A stretch of 64,000 nt of DNA, taken from NCBI RefSeq assembly GCF_009914755.1, contig NC_060929.1, one strand, 5' to 3'. The notes beneath the pieces are model-generated. The model was given only the letters and a program-made list of their open reading frames with translations, was not told where the DNA came from and ran no database searches. The DNA comes from the human T2T-CHM13v2.0 reference genome, Homo sapiens. Position numbers and translations under genes: made by a program. Positions 34,322 through 47,552 of this stretch are shown in pieces; within the stretch, counting starts at the first letter, position 1, and each line of letters starts with the position of its first letter.

Positions 34322-35209
34322 CTACTGGACCATAAAAGTGACTCCAGCTCCCCAAGAGACCACTCCCTATAACAAGAGTAAGACGGAAGCAAATTGAAAA
34401 TTATATGAATGAGGCTTAGGCTTTAGGACTTCTTACCTGGCCAGGCCTCTCCAGGAAGTTAAGGCATCTGATCTAAAGTCATACTTCATACATAATGTGT
34501 TTAATAATCATATTGCTGAATGAGTGAATAAGTTTGTCTTGGGTCATTTTTACCTCATCCCCACTTTGCCTAACTTCTCAACAGACTGGAGGCAAAGTAT
34601 ATTTAGGAAGCAATAGATTCAGTAAACTTCTCTTTAATGTTTGAATATTGTACTTTGAAAATTATTTCAGAAGATGTTGAGAAATCCTCCATATCTGATA
34701 AGGAAGTTTTGCTTCTATATTTTATTAGCAAATAAAGGGCTTATTATTTTAACTTTTTGAGGCTATGGTTGTCCTCAGATCCACAGGAACTGAGTAATTT
34801 GGCCTCTAGCCTAATGGCTAAAGGTTATCTGAGTCAATCCTACAAATAGGCCACACCAGAGTCACATAAAAACTAAACTGTATGGTATATAACCTGCTGT
34901 TGTGTAGATTACTCAATTTTAAAGTAATATGGTAACAAAAATTTGCATTTTAATATACAAGAGATTTTGAGGAGCAAGAGACAAAGATGATGGATTAGTA
35001 CTGACAGTAAAGATGGGGAAAGGGGTTCTCAGATCATAAAACTGTATGCTTCTCAAAGTAGAAAGTTTTCTGATTCTCAGAAATCCTAAAACTTGGCATG
35101 AAGTCTTGGCCATAAGAAGCTACTAAATAATTACTTGTTTCTAATAAAGCTGATAAAAATGATCAGTTGGAGAAGAGATAATACAATTTCAGGAGCTGTT
35201 TGAATGGAA

Positions 35210-35606
35210 CAAGGGCCTGAGGTCAGAGATGTACTCTTGGAAGAAACCTGCATGGGAGTGAGGAAGCAGAATAGGGCTGGGAGAAAGGAAGGCGAAGCTG
35301 TGGTTTCAAGGAAAGTCTAACTTCAGCTTATTTCTATGGGGAGCTTTGGAGTATAAATTTAGCACTGAGATTGTTCCACTAGAGGAATGGGTTGGGCTTT
35401 TATCTACCATATCAGTCAAGCATTATCCAGGGCCTACTCTTGGAGAAGGAGGCATGCAGAACCCCTCAGTCGTCTCCAGGTGGCTCTGTCAGTTGAGAAT
35501 ACTTGTAGAAGAGGTATATGGGTGTGAGCCATCATCAGCCAACACTCACAGCAGCTGAGGCATGGGTGTCCCAGCCTAGTAAAGAGTCCCAACGGCAACT
35601 ACTACA
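35210..35606 (-). mobile_element. LTR16-family (ERVL) LTR
   Basis: gtgtgagccatcatcagccaacactcacagcagctgagg...ctactaca is the reverse complement of the LTR16 5' motif cagctgctgggagtgttggctg. Confidence 0.7.
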
Positions 35607-35749
35607 AAAGTAGACCAGATATTCCAGGTCCTCGCTTGGAAGGCATGAGAGAAAAAGAAATAAAATTGCTGGACCATGGGAGAAAAATTTACTCCATGAG
35701 AATAATTTAAAAATATAGAAAAAATAAAGTTTTTCTTAAAAATAAAGAT

Positions 35750-36035
35750 TTCTTAACTACATTTGCTAACTCTGTGGCAGGCACTAGGCTACAAAATTTA
35801 TGTGTGTGTGTGTGCATACATATATATATGTGTGTGTGTGCACACATATATATATGTATGTATGCATGTATCTGTATATATAGTTTTCTCTAACCCTAAC
35901 AAAAATTCAGTGGAGATATCATTGTCTTTACGGATGAAGAAACAGACTCAGAAAAATCACGTATCTATTAAGTAGTAGTTATGACAGTCAAATTTGGGTC
36001 TATCTGACTCCACAATCCATTCCCTTGGAACATTA
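35750..36035 (-). mobile_element. MIR containing a (TG)/(TA) microsatellite
   Basis: tttacggatgaagaaacagactcagaaaaa...tgggtctatctgactccaca. Confidence 0.65.
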
Positions 36036-36319
36036 AGCCATTTTAACAGACTGTTTTATAAATATTAATTATTATATCAATAAAATTCTGGTATGTTCTC
36101 TGAGTTGACGTGAAACATTTTCTTTCTAAATGTATTTCTTCTTGCTTAAAGAAGAAAGGAACCCACAAAGGACTCCATGATTGAGTTTAATATAATGTCC
36201 ACTGAAATCATAAGGTGTTTTTAGGATGTAAAAACATAGTTGTTACCATAAAACATAGTTGTTCCCTGGAAAAGAGAGAACTGTCAAATTAATGAGGGGG
36301 TTAGACTCTATCAGAAGCT

Positions 36320-36585
36320 TTCCTCTAAATGTGCACTGTAGACCTCTAGGGTCCTTATATATTCCTCAAAAAAAAAAGTATTCTTATGTGAAATAATTCT
36401 GGGAAAACTACATATTTGATCTGCCTCCTGGAGAGCCACAAAGCACATTACCATACTAAAGGCTCCAAGTAATCCTGAATCAAGAATTCTGCTGAACTTT
36501 TTAACCTTTGCAAAATGATTTATCCACACAATTCTTTTTTGAAAATTTTATAAAACATTTATGAGCATTTCCCAAGATACTAGAA
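36320..36585. mobile_element. hAT-Charlie MITE remnant (MER112-like)
   Basis: aaataattctgggaaaactacata...cctcctggagagccacaaagcacattaccatactaaaggctcc. Confidence 0.45.
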
Positions 36586-38380
36586 GTCTGTGGACTTTGT
36601 TTTAGGGAGCATTGGTTACTGTGTATGAATGAATCTAAAGGTACTCTTCCTTTTGAAGAGGAAAATATAATAAAATCTATGAGGAGACTAGAATCTGGAA
36701 GTGTTAGCAGAAAGAACAAAGGGATTTGGCAGTAACCCTTTTCCATTCTAAGGGGGGCACAGGACAGAGGGAAAGACAATGAAAATTGATAAAAAGCTCA
36801 GCACTATGCACAATGACATGTCTATAATTTAGGAAGAATCTGTGCCATATACATATTAGGTGTAAATCAAACACGGATTTCACAAATGTTCCAATGCGGA
36901 AAATCAGGAGAAAGTATATTTGAATTATGCAGGAATAGAATCATGGCAGACAAATTTAATTATCATGAAATTAAAAGATAGAACAGGGTCAAAATATATA
37001 ACAGGGTCAAAATCTTTGACCAAATTATAACTCCACCACTCCTAAAATGTCACAGTCTCTCCATTCTGTTTCTTTCCATGCATGTGAAACAGGACTTATT
37101 CTACTATTAGGGAATGTTTGCCAAACTTCTTACATAAGTGATTTTAAAAGAAATAAATGTTGTTTATAAATATTAAGTATCTTATGTAAAGAAAAATGTT
37201 GTGAACAATTTTTGGGATTACTAGAAAATCGCACTTTTTCTCCTAATGACTTTTCTTCTTTATGCTAATGAGCACAGGTGGGCAATCTTCAATGAACTAT
37301 GAGATTAAGTTTGGATAAGTAACAAGCCAGCTCAAACTACATGGAATTTTTAAGGTGAAAATGTAATCAATTTGTGTATTGATTTAACTTTCTCCCCACT
37401 GCGGAGTGAATTCTCTGAGCATTTGTGTCTCCGTTAGTCAGTGTGTTTTGGGTTGAATGCTCTTAGCTGAGCAGGATTCTGCCTGAAAACATCTCTTTGA
37501 GTCAGGCATACTCTAACAAAAGATTAAACCTGTAAATGAGATAAGCAAGGTCATATATCAAGTAGATATACATCTGAGTGAAAATTAATGAACTTGAAGG
37601 TGGAAGTGCAGGATAGAACATTTGAATGAGACAAGTAGCAAACGACTTCCATATTCTTATGAAACTAGTCAAATGTGTACCTGCCCTTTAGAAATATACA
37701 CAGTGACTCCAGATTAGCCAGATGAAGGAAAAAGGTATCTCTTCCAAAATAGTCCCAGAACCACAATTCAGTAATTATGAGAAATTTGTTTCCAAAGCTC
37801 AACTCAAACAACAATTCTGCGTGCAACAATACTGATTTCTTTAGGTTGGGCACCTTATCTTTTTTGTTTTGTTTGTTTCTATCAGATGTTTCTCTAGCCA
37901 TGGATTGTAACTATGGCATCATTCTGACTGATATATGAGGGCATATATATGAGCATGTTTGAGAGTTAGGCAATAGAGACTTGAATTGACTTTCATAACC
38001 TCTAAGAGATTTAGAAATTATTGTGAAAGACTCGTGGATTTATAGAAATTTGGTCAGTACAGGAATGCAGAGCTTCTAATTAGGGAACTGAAGACCACAG
38101 TTCATTACATACCACATCCTAACAAAGGAATTAATGACGACCATGTTAGTTTTATTTCTTTTGTGTGTTACCTCACCAATTTTTAGATTATGTTGGCCAT
38201 TGCTTTTGATAATTTTTATACTTATAAAATTTTGTACTATTGGAATATATGTTATGTTTATTATGTAGTTATTTCTGGTTGCCTTTCTAGTTATGTAGAA
38301 CAATATTATGGGGATAAATATATTGTTTCACATTAATTTTATTCTCATTTTAAAATGTGCATGTTTATGTATATGTGTAT

Positions 38381-38394
38381 ATAGATAGATAGAC

Positions 38395-38438
<44 letters not shown>
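38381..38438. repeat. (GATA)n tetranucleotide STR with one GACA interruption
   Basis: 58 bp of atag repeats seen directly. Confidence 0.97.
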
Positions 38439-40019
38439 GTTACGTAACATCATGTAGTTGAGTCACAGCCGAACTATCTAAAATGAGGTATATAGATACT
38501 TAAAAGTTGATAAAATGAACTGAAGAAATGAAAGTATATGGACCACTTTAAGCAAAGAAAATGTCACTCGAAAAGGCTCCAGAAGAAAAGGAAGGCAGCA
38601 AACTTTTACTTCTATGTTTCAATCAACCCTGAGGTGATGCTCCGGCTTTTGCGCTGATAGCCCAGAACGCCGAATCTCAACATTTTCTTACATGCAGATC
38701 TTGCTGTTGGAAATAATGTGCTTCTGGGGAGACCTCTCTTAAAGGGCTGTTAGGTAAAATCAAAACTATACATGATAGATTATGGCTGATAAAATGAATA
38801 TTGCATAGTGTTTTATTTCAGATATCTGTTAACATTTTCTATAAGGTTTTTAAAAAATATCTACACTAAAAAAATGAAGCCTTCCTAAGTTAGTTTAGAT
38901 TTCAGAAAATTTTATTTAACCAGTAAATACACAGGACAGATGCATTTATGAAGCTTAGCTAAAAATGATGCAATTGCATGAGTTAATATATCAGTGAAAT
39001 GACTATCTAATGTGTAAGCAAATTACAGAATTAACTTGTATTTACATCATACAAATTCTGACTTTGTATATGCATTGCTTTGATGTGTTAAAACATGGAA
39101 GAACATACAGCATTGGTGATAAAATGAAAACAAGTACTGCTCTCTTTCACTTGTCATTGAATACAGACTTTTGAAATGAAAGCTCTAATAGCATGAAATA
39201 TCTCCAAGAAAAGGAGAAAGAAGAATAATGAGAGATAAAGAAAATAATGAGAGAAGGAAGAAAATAAATAATAAAAAAGAGAATTTAAAGAAAGGAGATA
39301 AAACAGGGCATAGATTTATTCTCATTCAGAGATAGTATCCAAGAATCACTCATTAATGTTTTTTAAACACTTACTCCAAGTTCCAGCAGAAAAGCATCCT
39401 GTGTACAGATAAGTGGCTTTGTGTAGGCTAAGAACACTGTCTTCATTGACCCATTGCCCAGCTTCAGGCTATTGGAGGTATCAGAAAAAAGAAGCACCCC
39501 CTAGGAAGTCAGACCAGTCAACCCCAATAATAAATAGAGTAATAAGAGCCAAAGCCCTATTTCTCCATGTGCTGGGATACCAGTTTTGCTCAGACTACCT
39601 TCACATGGATCAGGAAAATGTGAATTCTTTAGTCACTTAACATGATCATCGTGTTGAACTCTCATCCTCTGGATAGAAGAAAAGCATTTTCATCTAAGTT
39701 TATAATTTAAACGTCATAATGTTAAATAACCCTTATCTAATATAACAATCTATTTCTCTAACTAATTTTAGTTTGTTTAGGTTAAAAATAATCTTTTATG
39801 TTTTCATCACCCTCACATTTCCTTTCTCAGTACTGTGTGGCTCCGCAGAAGTGGGTGTGTCTTACTGCACCTTCATGGCATTGACAATGAGGAGATACTT
39901 TTGCACGCAGTATTCTTGTACTGTCTTGAAGTTCCTATGATCTCTGTGAAAATGATCCTTGTCTACCTAGTTGCTGCTTGTCCTGCAGGCATTTAAACCT
40001 GGTGTCGTTCCTAAAGGGC

Positions 40020-40135
40020 TTTCCTTTCCCTCCCTTTCTCTAATCCCAACCTCCTCCCTTCCTTCTCTTTCCTCCTTTCCCCTCCATCTCCTCTCCTCTT
40101 CCTCCTTCTCCTCCTCCTCCTGTCTTCCTGTCTCT
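40020..40135. repeat. Polypyrimidine low-complexity tract
   Basis: CT-rich run (ccttctctttcctcctttcccctcc...ctcctcctcc). Confidence 0.85.
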
Positions 40136-41704
40136 CAGGCCAAGTGGTGCTCTTAGTTTGTCTTGGTATCACCTTGGCTCTTACAACTGCAATGTCTTTC
40201 ACTGAGCTCATGGTTTATGAATTCACTCCCAGCTATGCTGTCAGATCCTCTCTCCTCTCACCAGCAGTCTCCAAAGTCAGGCCATTAACTTCCAGGTTAG
40301 CTACAACCCCTTACCAGCTTAATAGGAACTCCTGAGTCCTCGCTGTGATGCGGAGGATCCAAGGACTACTCAAAACATTAAACTTTGGCTCTCCTTCTGC
40401 CATACCATTCTATGCCACAGACTACATTTGATGGGGTCACTATCTTAATTGGTAAAGGTAAGAGATAGTTTGGGACACAGTTCCCTCTATATTCCCACAC
40501 ATGAATTAGACAAAAGCCTCATTCTCCAGGCATCCCTCTATCAACATTTATATCTCAGATGAGGGAGACTGGTACACATGCACTTTTATCTTCTGTCTTT
40601 GTTACCCAATATTCCCCAGGTATCCCAGCATCAAAACATGGGATCTATGCCACCTTCTTCCAGTCTGGTGGGGATCTACATAACATAAAACTTATGGTTG
40701 GCCTGGCATGGGTACTTATATGTTAGTGGAGGAGACATAAAGGTCTAAAGAGAAAAATGTAATTCTCTGAAAAGTCTGGCTCACTAGACTATTATTATCT
40801 TGCTATAAATTGTACTTTGAATATCTGAAGCAAATTATTCTCTTTCTGCCCTCCACCTGTAACAATCCTAACTCAACAGTTGCATCTACCTCCTCACTGC
40901 AATACTGCATGATAACTCTGATTGACAGGGAGAACATCATGTGCACAAGAACAAAATGCAAAGCAAATTTTATTAATGTGTTTCAAACTATTCTCCCTGT
41001 TGAGTCTTCTATTCCTCTGGCAGAGCAAGGAGAAAAAAAATGGTGGAAAGAAACCCCCTTGCAACCCTCCCCATCTGTTCTCTTTTCTGGTGCCCTCTCT
41101 CTGTTTCTCCAAGCATCTCCTCACAGCTTCTTAGAGTGAGAAGCAGCTACCCTGTTGTGAAGTGATCGCTGGATACCAACCATAATACAATGGTGACAGA
41201 GGTGATCTTGGTGGAAATATCTCCACACAGCAGTTCTGACCTTGGTTCATTTTGTGTGCTCTTAGATTTTTGGCCTGATCTTGATTTGAAATGGGAGTTT
41301 AGAAACAGGAGAATAAAGGCAAAAAACCATCAGCTGAAACCACCACACTCAGCTACCTATGGTGATTCACAAAAAATGCCCCCTAGGAGGGAGACAATGA
41401 CCTCCAGTGCTATTGATCCTTGTTTCTATTCTGAGGATACATCTGTGGACAAACAGCCTCCTAATAAACTATTGTCAAAAGTTACTTATGACAATTTTTG
41501 GCCACATACTCTTCTCTAGCTGTCCATGCTTCACAGGTTTTCTTACTTCACTGCTATTAGTTAACTAGAAAGTGAGAGTGTGATGGATGAGAGAGAGAAA
41601 AATGTTCTCTTGGTCATCAGATAATTCCAGAATGATCACTTTTTAGAATTTCTGTCTTGAAATCACCCTGAATCTATGAAGAGGTCTCCTTTTGGCAATT
41701 TGTG

Positions 41705-42215
41705 CTACATAAATATTCAAGGGTCTATTAGTTGTGAATGGAACAGAGATGAACAAATCAAGGTCTCTTGCTTTAAGGAACATGTAACCTGTGGAATTAG
41801 ACTGCCAGGTACAGAATTATCTAAACACAAAGCAATGCCATGCAAGAGGTACACAAAAACATCATGAGAGCAGAAAAGAAAATGAGATTAATTTCACCTG
41901 GAGAAGTTGGTATAGGTTTCATGAAGAAAATCACCTCCAGCTGAGCTTTGAAGGAATGAACAACTTTAATAAGCAGCAAGAATGGAAAGGACATTAGATA
42001 GAAATATGTGAACAAATCTATACTTGGATATTTTGAGGTCACAATGTTTTAATGACACTGGGAATAACTCAGTGCAGTGAGCTGTGGGAGGCAGAGGAGT
42101 CCAGGCAAATAGCTTGGGTCAGATCACACTGCATATCTGACAATTTGGATTTTATTCTGCAAGCCACTGGGAGCATAGGAGGGTTTTGAGGAGGATAATG
42201 GCTTGATCTCAAAGC
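41705..42215 (-). mobile_element. L2 fragment
   Basis: gctgagctttgaaggaatgaac...tttggattttattctgcaagccactgggag...gagggttttgagg. Confidence 0.65.
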
Positions 42216-44174
42216 AGGGATATAAATACAGGTCAATGCAACTTGTAGAAAATTAGAAAAATAACAGATATTATGATGAAGACTTAATGAAATATATTCT
42301 CTTTCTCTTTGCATGTGGATTACAATTAAAATTTATATCTTTTCTCACTGAGTTGGAAGTGGTTTCTTTAAAAATAAGTAAACAATTCTCAGAGGATATC
42401 ATTGATGCTTTTTATAGCACAGTCTTAGAAATAAGTATGTTTAATTTCTAATCTATTCTTGAAATGTCACCTAACAAAAAAAAAAGCTACACACAAGAGT
42501 GTTTTATGGTAAGAGTTTTCAGTACTAAAAACTTGTTTGGAGTTTTGGAAGAAGGCTAAGGGATCCGGCTTATCAAGTGTGTCTTCCCTGAACTTACCAT
42601 TCTTATGGAAATTCATCAGTGAAGTATGGGAGTTATCAATGGGTGGTTAGGGTAAACTGATAGATGAAAATTGAGACACTTGACCAAATACTAGACCCAA
42701 CAGAATGCGGATATTTCATTAAAATAAAATGTTTCCATTGCCACATCATACATAGCCAGCTGGCAAAAGCTGATTCATGATTCTTTTCTATGTAAAAATC
42801 AGAACATGCACACCTGAGTAAACACACAAAGTTGGAAGTGGTAAAGGCAGCTCAGGATGGGATCTAGAGATAGTGTAGCTAAGGGCTTTAAGGTATGCAA
42901 CTCCCCCACTCAAAAGGGATTGAGTAGGATCAGTTCATGGCAGAAACTCACTGGTGTCTCTGTGTGAATTTCTCACACTAGAGTGGTTCTCTCTCAAATT
43001 TTCTGTGAACTAATAGCCATTCTTTTCCCTGACATTAGCTAATTTACTTCTTATTTGATATACCATTCCTTTTTAGAGCTGTACTGATTGCTAATGATGG
43101 AACAGGAAAGAGACTTGCAAACTCATGCATATGGGAAATATTAAGTGCAGATAGGAAATATTAAGTTGGGAAATCCATTATCCTAGAATCAATTATTTTG
43201 CCTATCATTAGAATGTTCATTGAAGTAAACAACATGTTCTAAAGTAAATGTGGTACAAATTACTACCTCCAGGATTAAATTAGACAATAATATTTATTTG
43301 GGGTCAGACTTGGACTTGAATCTTGGGAAGTTTTAAATTTAATTCAAACAAGTTAATTTTGACTGCTAAATTGGGATACAAGCATTTTTAATGACCTTTT
43401 AAAATTATTTTGTGCAGTTTGGTTGGAAATGCAGCTGAAGAATATTTTAAAATAAAAGAATATTTTAAAATAAAATAAAATATTTTTTCCCTAAGACAAA
43501 CTTTATGGCTTACAAGAACAATAACAACTGTGCTCATTAAATTGTGTGGCTTATGAACAAGAGACAGTCCAAAGTAAGAAAATAAGTCTCCATATGCAAT
43601 ACAATACAATAAACCTAGAAATATAAGTCATTCTTGAAATATATTATTTTAGACTTACAATTTAAGTAAGATGAGGAAAATAAAAGGAAAAAGAAAGTAG
43701 CCTAATTAAATATTCTCTCCATTCTCTTTCTATGCCTCCTCTTCAGATTTTCTTGTCTCCTCAATTAATTCTCCATCTTCACTGGGTATTAAGGACATCT
43801 TTTATTGATACGGTTTTAAACCGCTGTTAGGCCCTATATTTTTATATTTGTTATACTGGTTTTGATAACTGTAATTCTGGTTAATACTTTTTGAAGGAGA
43901 AACACTTATTGGTGTAATGACATTTTAACTACCATGATGATTTAAGCTCCATAGCCAGCACGGGTCTTGGGCTGCACTCACTACCAGGGGCTGTTTGGAA
44001 CTTCCCTGCTGAGCAATATTAGACAAATCCTGACTTGCTGATCTAGATAAGCTTCCAAGAATGTTTTCTCTGTAGTCAGAAGTCATATTAAACTTGGAGA
44101 GGGAAGTGCTGTTTCTTTTACGTCACTTATTACACAATGAAATTATTCTTTAATAATATGTGCCTCTTTCCAAT

Positions 44175-44297
44175 ATAATTCAAGCTCCATGATAGCTTAC
44201 CTGTCTTGTCTGCCTTTTTATCCCCTGTATCTAAAAGAGTATCCACCACAGTATATGCTCATTAATATTTGTTGAATGAAAGAATGAATGAATGAAC
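44175..44297 (+). mobile_element. L2 3' end
   Basis: aagctccatga...tgctcattaatatttgttgaatgaaagaatgaatgaatgaa. Confidence 0.75.
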
Positions 44298-44769
44298 AAG
44301 AAGCAGGACAAATATGGTATTTCTGGATATTTTCAATCAATATAGGAGAATGGAAATAGCGAAATACAATTATGTTTTAGGTGAATTATTCATTCAATTT
44401 ATCAATTCTCTGTGACAGTATCTTATTTTTTATTTTGATGATTATAATTTTCCAGTGGTTGTAATCACTTTTTTTTTATTTCTACCTCTTCTGGAATTTT
44501 TTGTCTATTTTGCTTTATGTTTTTATTGCTTTTTAATAGTGTTACTATTCCATTTTACCTTCAATTATTCTAAGTTAACATATTTTAACTCTTGGCCTAA
44601 TTATTATCAATAGCTTTATCTGGAGTGAATGTATACCCCAATTGTATCTTCTTTTCTTAGCATTACATGATTTAATAGGTGTTGGGATTTTGATTTTCAG
44701 ATTCATTTTGAGAGGGAAGTTGTGTTTTGTTGCTCTTTTTTTGGTTTTTATTGTTGTGTCTTGGGTGAT

Positions 44770-45750
44770 TTTTTTCAGTGCTTTTAAATTTATTGAGGCT
44801 TGTTTTATGGCATAGCATATGGTCTAGAGAATGCTTCACTTTAGACAATACATATTGTGCTATTGTTGGAATGGATCATTACATGGATGTCAAATAGGTC
44901 AAATTAGTTATGGTGTTATTCAAGCCTTCTGCAGCTTTGCTGATTTTTCTGTCTAGTTGCTCTTTCCATTACTGAGAATGGGTATTGAAATCTCTATTAA
45001 TGTTGAATACTCTATTTCTCCTTTCTATTCCATCACTTTTTGCTTTATGAATGGTGGGCTCTGTTGCTAGGTGTATATTATTTATAATTGTTATATCTTC
45101 CTCATAAATTGACTCTTTTGTCATTATGAAATGACTTTATTTCAAATAGTATTTCTCATCTCAAAGCCCATTTTGTCTGATATTATAATAATATCATCAA
45201 TCTAGCTCCTTTATTGTTACTGTTTGCATGGTGTATTTTTTCATCCTTTTATTTTCAATCTATTTAAATCTAAATTGATTATTGATGTGACTGGATTTAT
45301 TTTTGTCATTTTGTCATTTGTTTTCCATATGTCTCATCTTTTTTATTTATTTGTTCCTCCTTTCTTTTGTGTTAAATAGGTATTTTTTCAGTGTGTTATT
45401 TTAATTCCTTTGTTGGTTTTCCGGATATATATTTATTTTCTTAGTATTTGCTCTAGGAATTACAATATGCATTTCAACTTATCATAATCTACTTCAAACT
45501 AACAGTAATTTAATTATTGTTTTATTTAATCATCATTTAAATCAGTTAAGAGAAGAGAACAGAAAATATATAAGCATACTTTCTTTTATATTGACCTCCA
45601 TAATGACCTTCACAGGTACTCTTTATTTCTTTAGGTAGATTTAAGTTACCATCTGGTATCATTTTCTTTCGGCCTAAAGAACTCCCTTTAATATTTCTTG
45701 TAGGGTAGGCCTGTTAGCAACAAATTTGCCCAGTCTTTATTTCACCTTTA
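44770..45750 (-). mobile_element. Old L1M (ORF2 5' end and upstream region)
   Basis: tttattgaggcttgttttatgg...ttactgagaatgggtattgaaatctc...tttgcatggtgtattttttcatcc. Confidence 0.7.
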
Positions 45751-46022
45751 CCATTTGAACTTTTGTATTTGGAGATAATTATAGGTTCGCATACAGGATA
45801 TTACAGAGATACTCACAATGAGAACATCTTGTACAATATCACAGCCAGGCTATTGATAAGGATGCATCAAAATACAGCACATTCCCATTACCACAAGGAT
45901 GCCTCATGGTACACTTTTATGGCCACACACACTTACCTCCCACTTCTTCCTCCATTATCCCTGGTAACCCACTAGTCTGTACTCCATTACTATAATTTTG
46001 TTATTTCAAGAATATCACATAA

Positions 46023-46341
46023 GGCCGGGTGCAGTGGCTCACACCTGTAATCCCACAGGCCCACAGGCCTCCAACTTTGGGAGTCTGAGGTGGGTGGATC
46101 ACCTGCCTCCTGAGGTCAGGTGTTTGAGATCACTCTGACTAACATGGCGAAACCCTGTCTCTACTAAAAATATAAAAATTAGCCGGGCGTGGTGGCAGGC
46201 ACCTGTAATCCCAGCTACTCAGGAGGCTGAGGCAGGAGAATTGCTCGAACTCGGGAGGTAGAAGTTACAGTGAGCTGAGATAGTGGCACTGCACTCCAGC
46301 CTGGGCGACAGAACAAGACTCCATCTCGAAAAAGAAAAAAA
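46023..46341 (+). mobile_element. AluS (Sx-like)
   Basis: Full Alu with small insertions in the left arm; TSD aagaatatcacataa (46008-46022) / aagaatattatataa (46342-46356). Confidence 0.92.
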
Positions 46342-46664
46342 AAGAATATTATATAAATGTAATGGTATAGCTTTAAGATTGCTTTTTTCATTTAGCATAA
46401 TTCCCTGAAAATTCACCCAAGTAGTTGCATGTATCAGCAGTATGTCCCTTTTTACGGCTGGGTAGTATTCCAAGGTACGTATGTACCATAGTTTAACCAT
46501 TCACCAGAAGAAGGACATCTAGATTGTTTTCACTTTTTGACTATTGTGAATGAAACTTCTATAAACATTTATATACAGGTTTTTGTATGAACATAAGTTG
46601 TCCTTTCTCTTGAATAATCCTGGAGTAAAATTGCTGGGTCTGACACTTGGATGTTTAGTTTTTT

Positions 46665-47552
46665 TGGGATTTGTGTCTTTCACTTTTAATTGTGTATAGT
46701 TTACTATTTCAAAGGAATGTTACAATTCTTTAAAGTAAATACATATTAGGACACTATAATTTAACAAGCTTTATTATTTTAATATTCTGCCAAAAGCACA
46801 TTATTAATTGATGCCCTAATTTGGGTTAAATAAATCACTATTCAGTTTTATCTTGTGTTTTTCAACCAGGATTTTACTCGATGATATAAGCTTTAGCTGC
46901 TACTCCATAGCATAAGCTATCCATATTTCTATATAGGGTGGTCTTAGCTATAGTGTGTACAAGATTAATAACACTGACTATGTTTTATACTGAAACTATT
47001 TGTAAATTACTACTCAGAAATCTCTGCTGAATACTCAACAGTTCCCATTTCTCAAGTCCATAAAGGGCAGCAGATAAATTCAAAAAGTTATTTCAGTGAA
47101 TATTTATGAACTTCTCATATTTTGCTAGAAATAGTGCTTCAGCTAACATAGGCATTCCTTAGCATCCACCAATTAAAATGTAACTACAGAAAAAGGAAAA
47201 TAATTGATCCATTTTCCATTTATTTGACTACCAAAACTTACGGCTTTAATTTTCTAGGGCAGCTACAACTTCATAACACTAAAGAAATGAGCTAATACTA
47301 ACTAATGGCAGTTGTCCACTTTATTTTTTTCTTCTCCACCACTTTCAGCCATTGCATCTATCTTTGGATCAACCCAGCTTCTACTGGTGCCACAATCACA
47401 TTATATTGAAATTCACATTATGTTCTTCACACTATAAATTCCTTTAGTGCAGGGACTGTGTCTTCTTCATATTTGTCCCTGAGTGGGGACCCTCAAGGAC
47501 CAGCACAATAACTGGCACATAGTAAGCACTCAATAAATATTACAGTATTCAC
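46665..47552 (-). pseudogene. C1orf146: Processed pseudogene (retrocopy) of C1orf146 / SPO16 / SCRE; CDS remnant 47352-46816
   Basis: Manual minus-strand translation across frameshifts and stops: MAESGGEEK/IKWTTAI..ISSFL*CYEVVAALEN*SRKF..ENGSIIF..VDAKEC..LFLAKYEKFINIH*NNFLNLSAALYGLEKW..IQQRFLSSNLQI..INLVHTIAKTT..DSLCY..AKAYIIE..KIKLNSDLFNPN*. This is collinear with the remembered 180-aa human C1orf146. No introns; ATTAAA 19 nt before a short A-tail; TSD atgtttagttt(t/c)tt at 46651-46664 / 47553-47566. Confidence 0.9.
47430..47541 (+). mobile_element. L2 3' end carried inside the retrocopy 5'UTR (antisense to it)
   Basis: gcagggactgtgtcttcttcatatttg...cagcacaataactggcacatagtaagcactcaataaatatt. 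Confidence 0.8.

Noticed and set aside
40810-41519. Two 109-aa ORFs in unique sequence
   Set aside because: No recognisable domain or exon structure.
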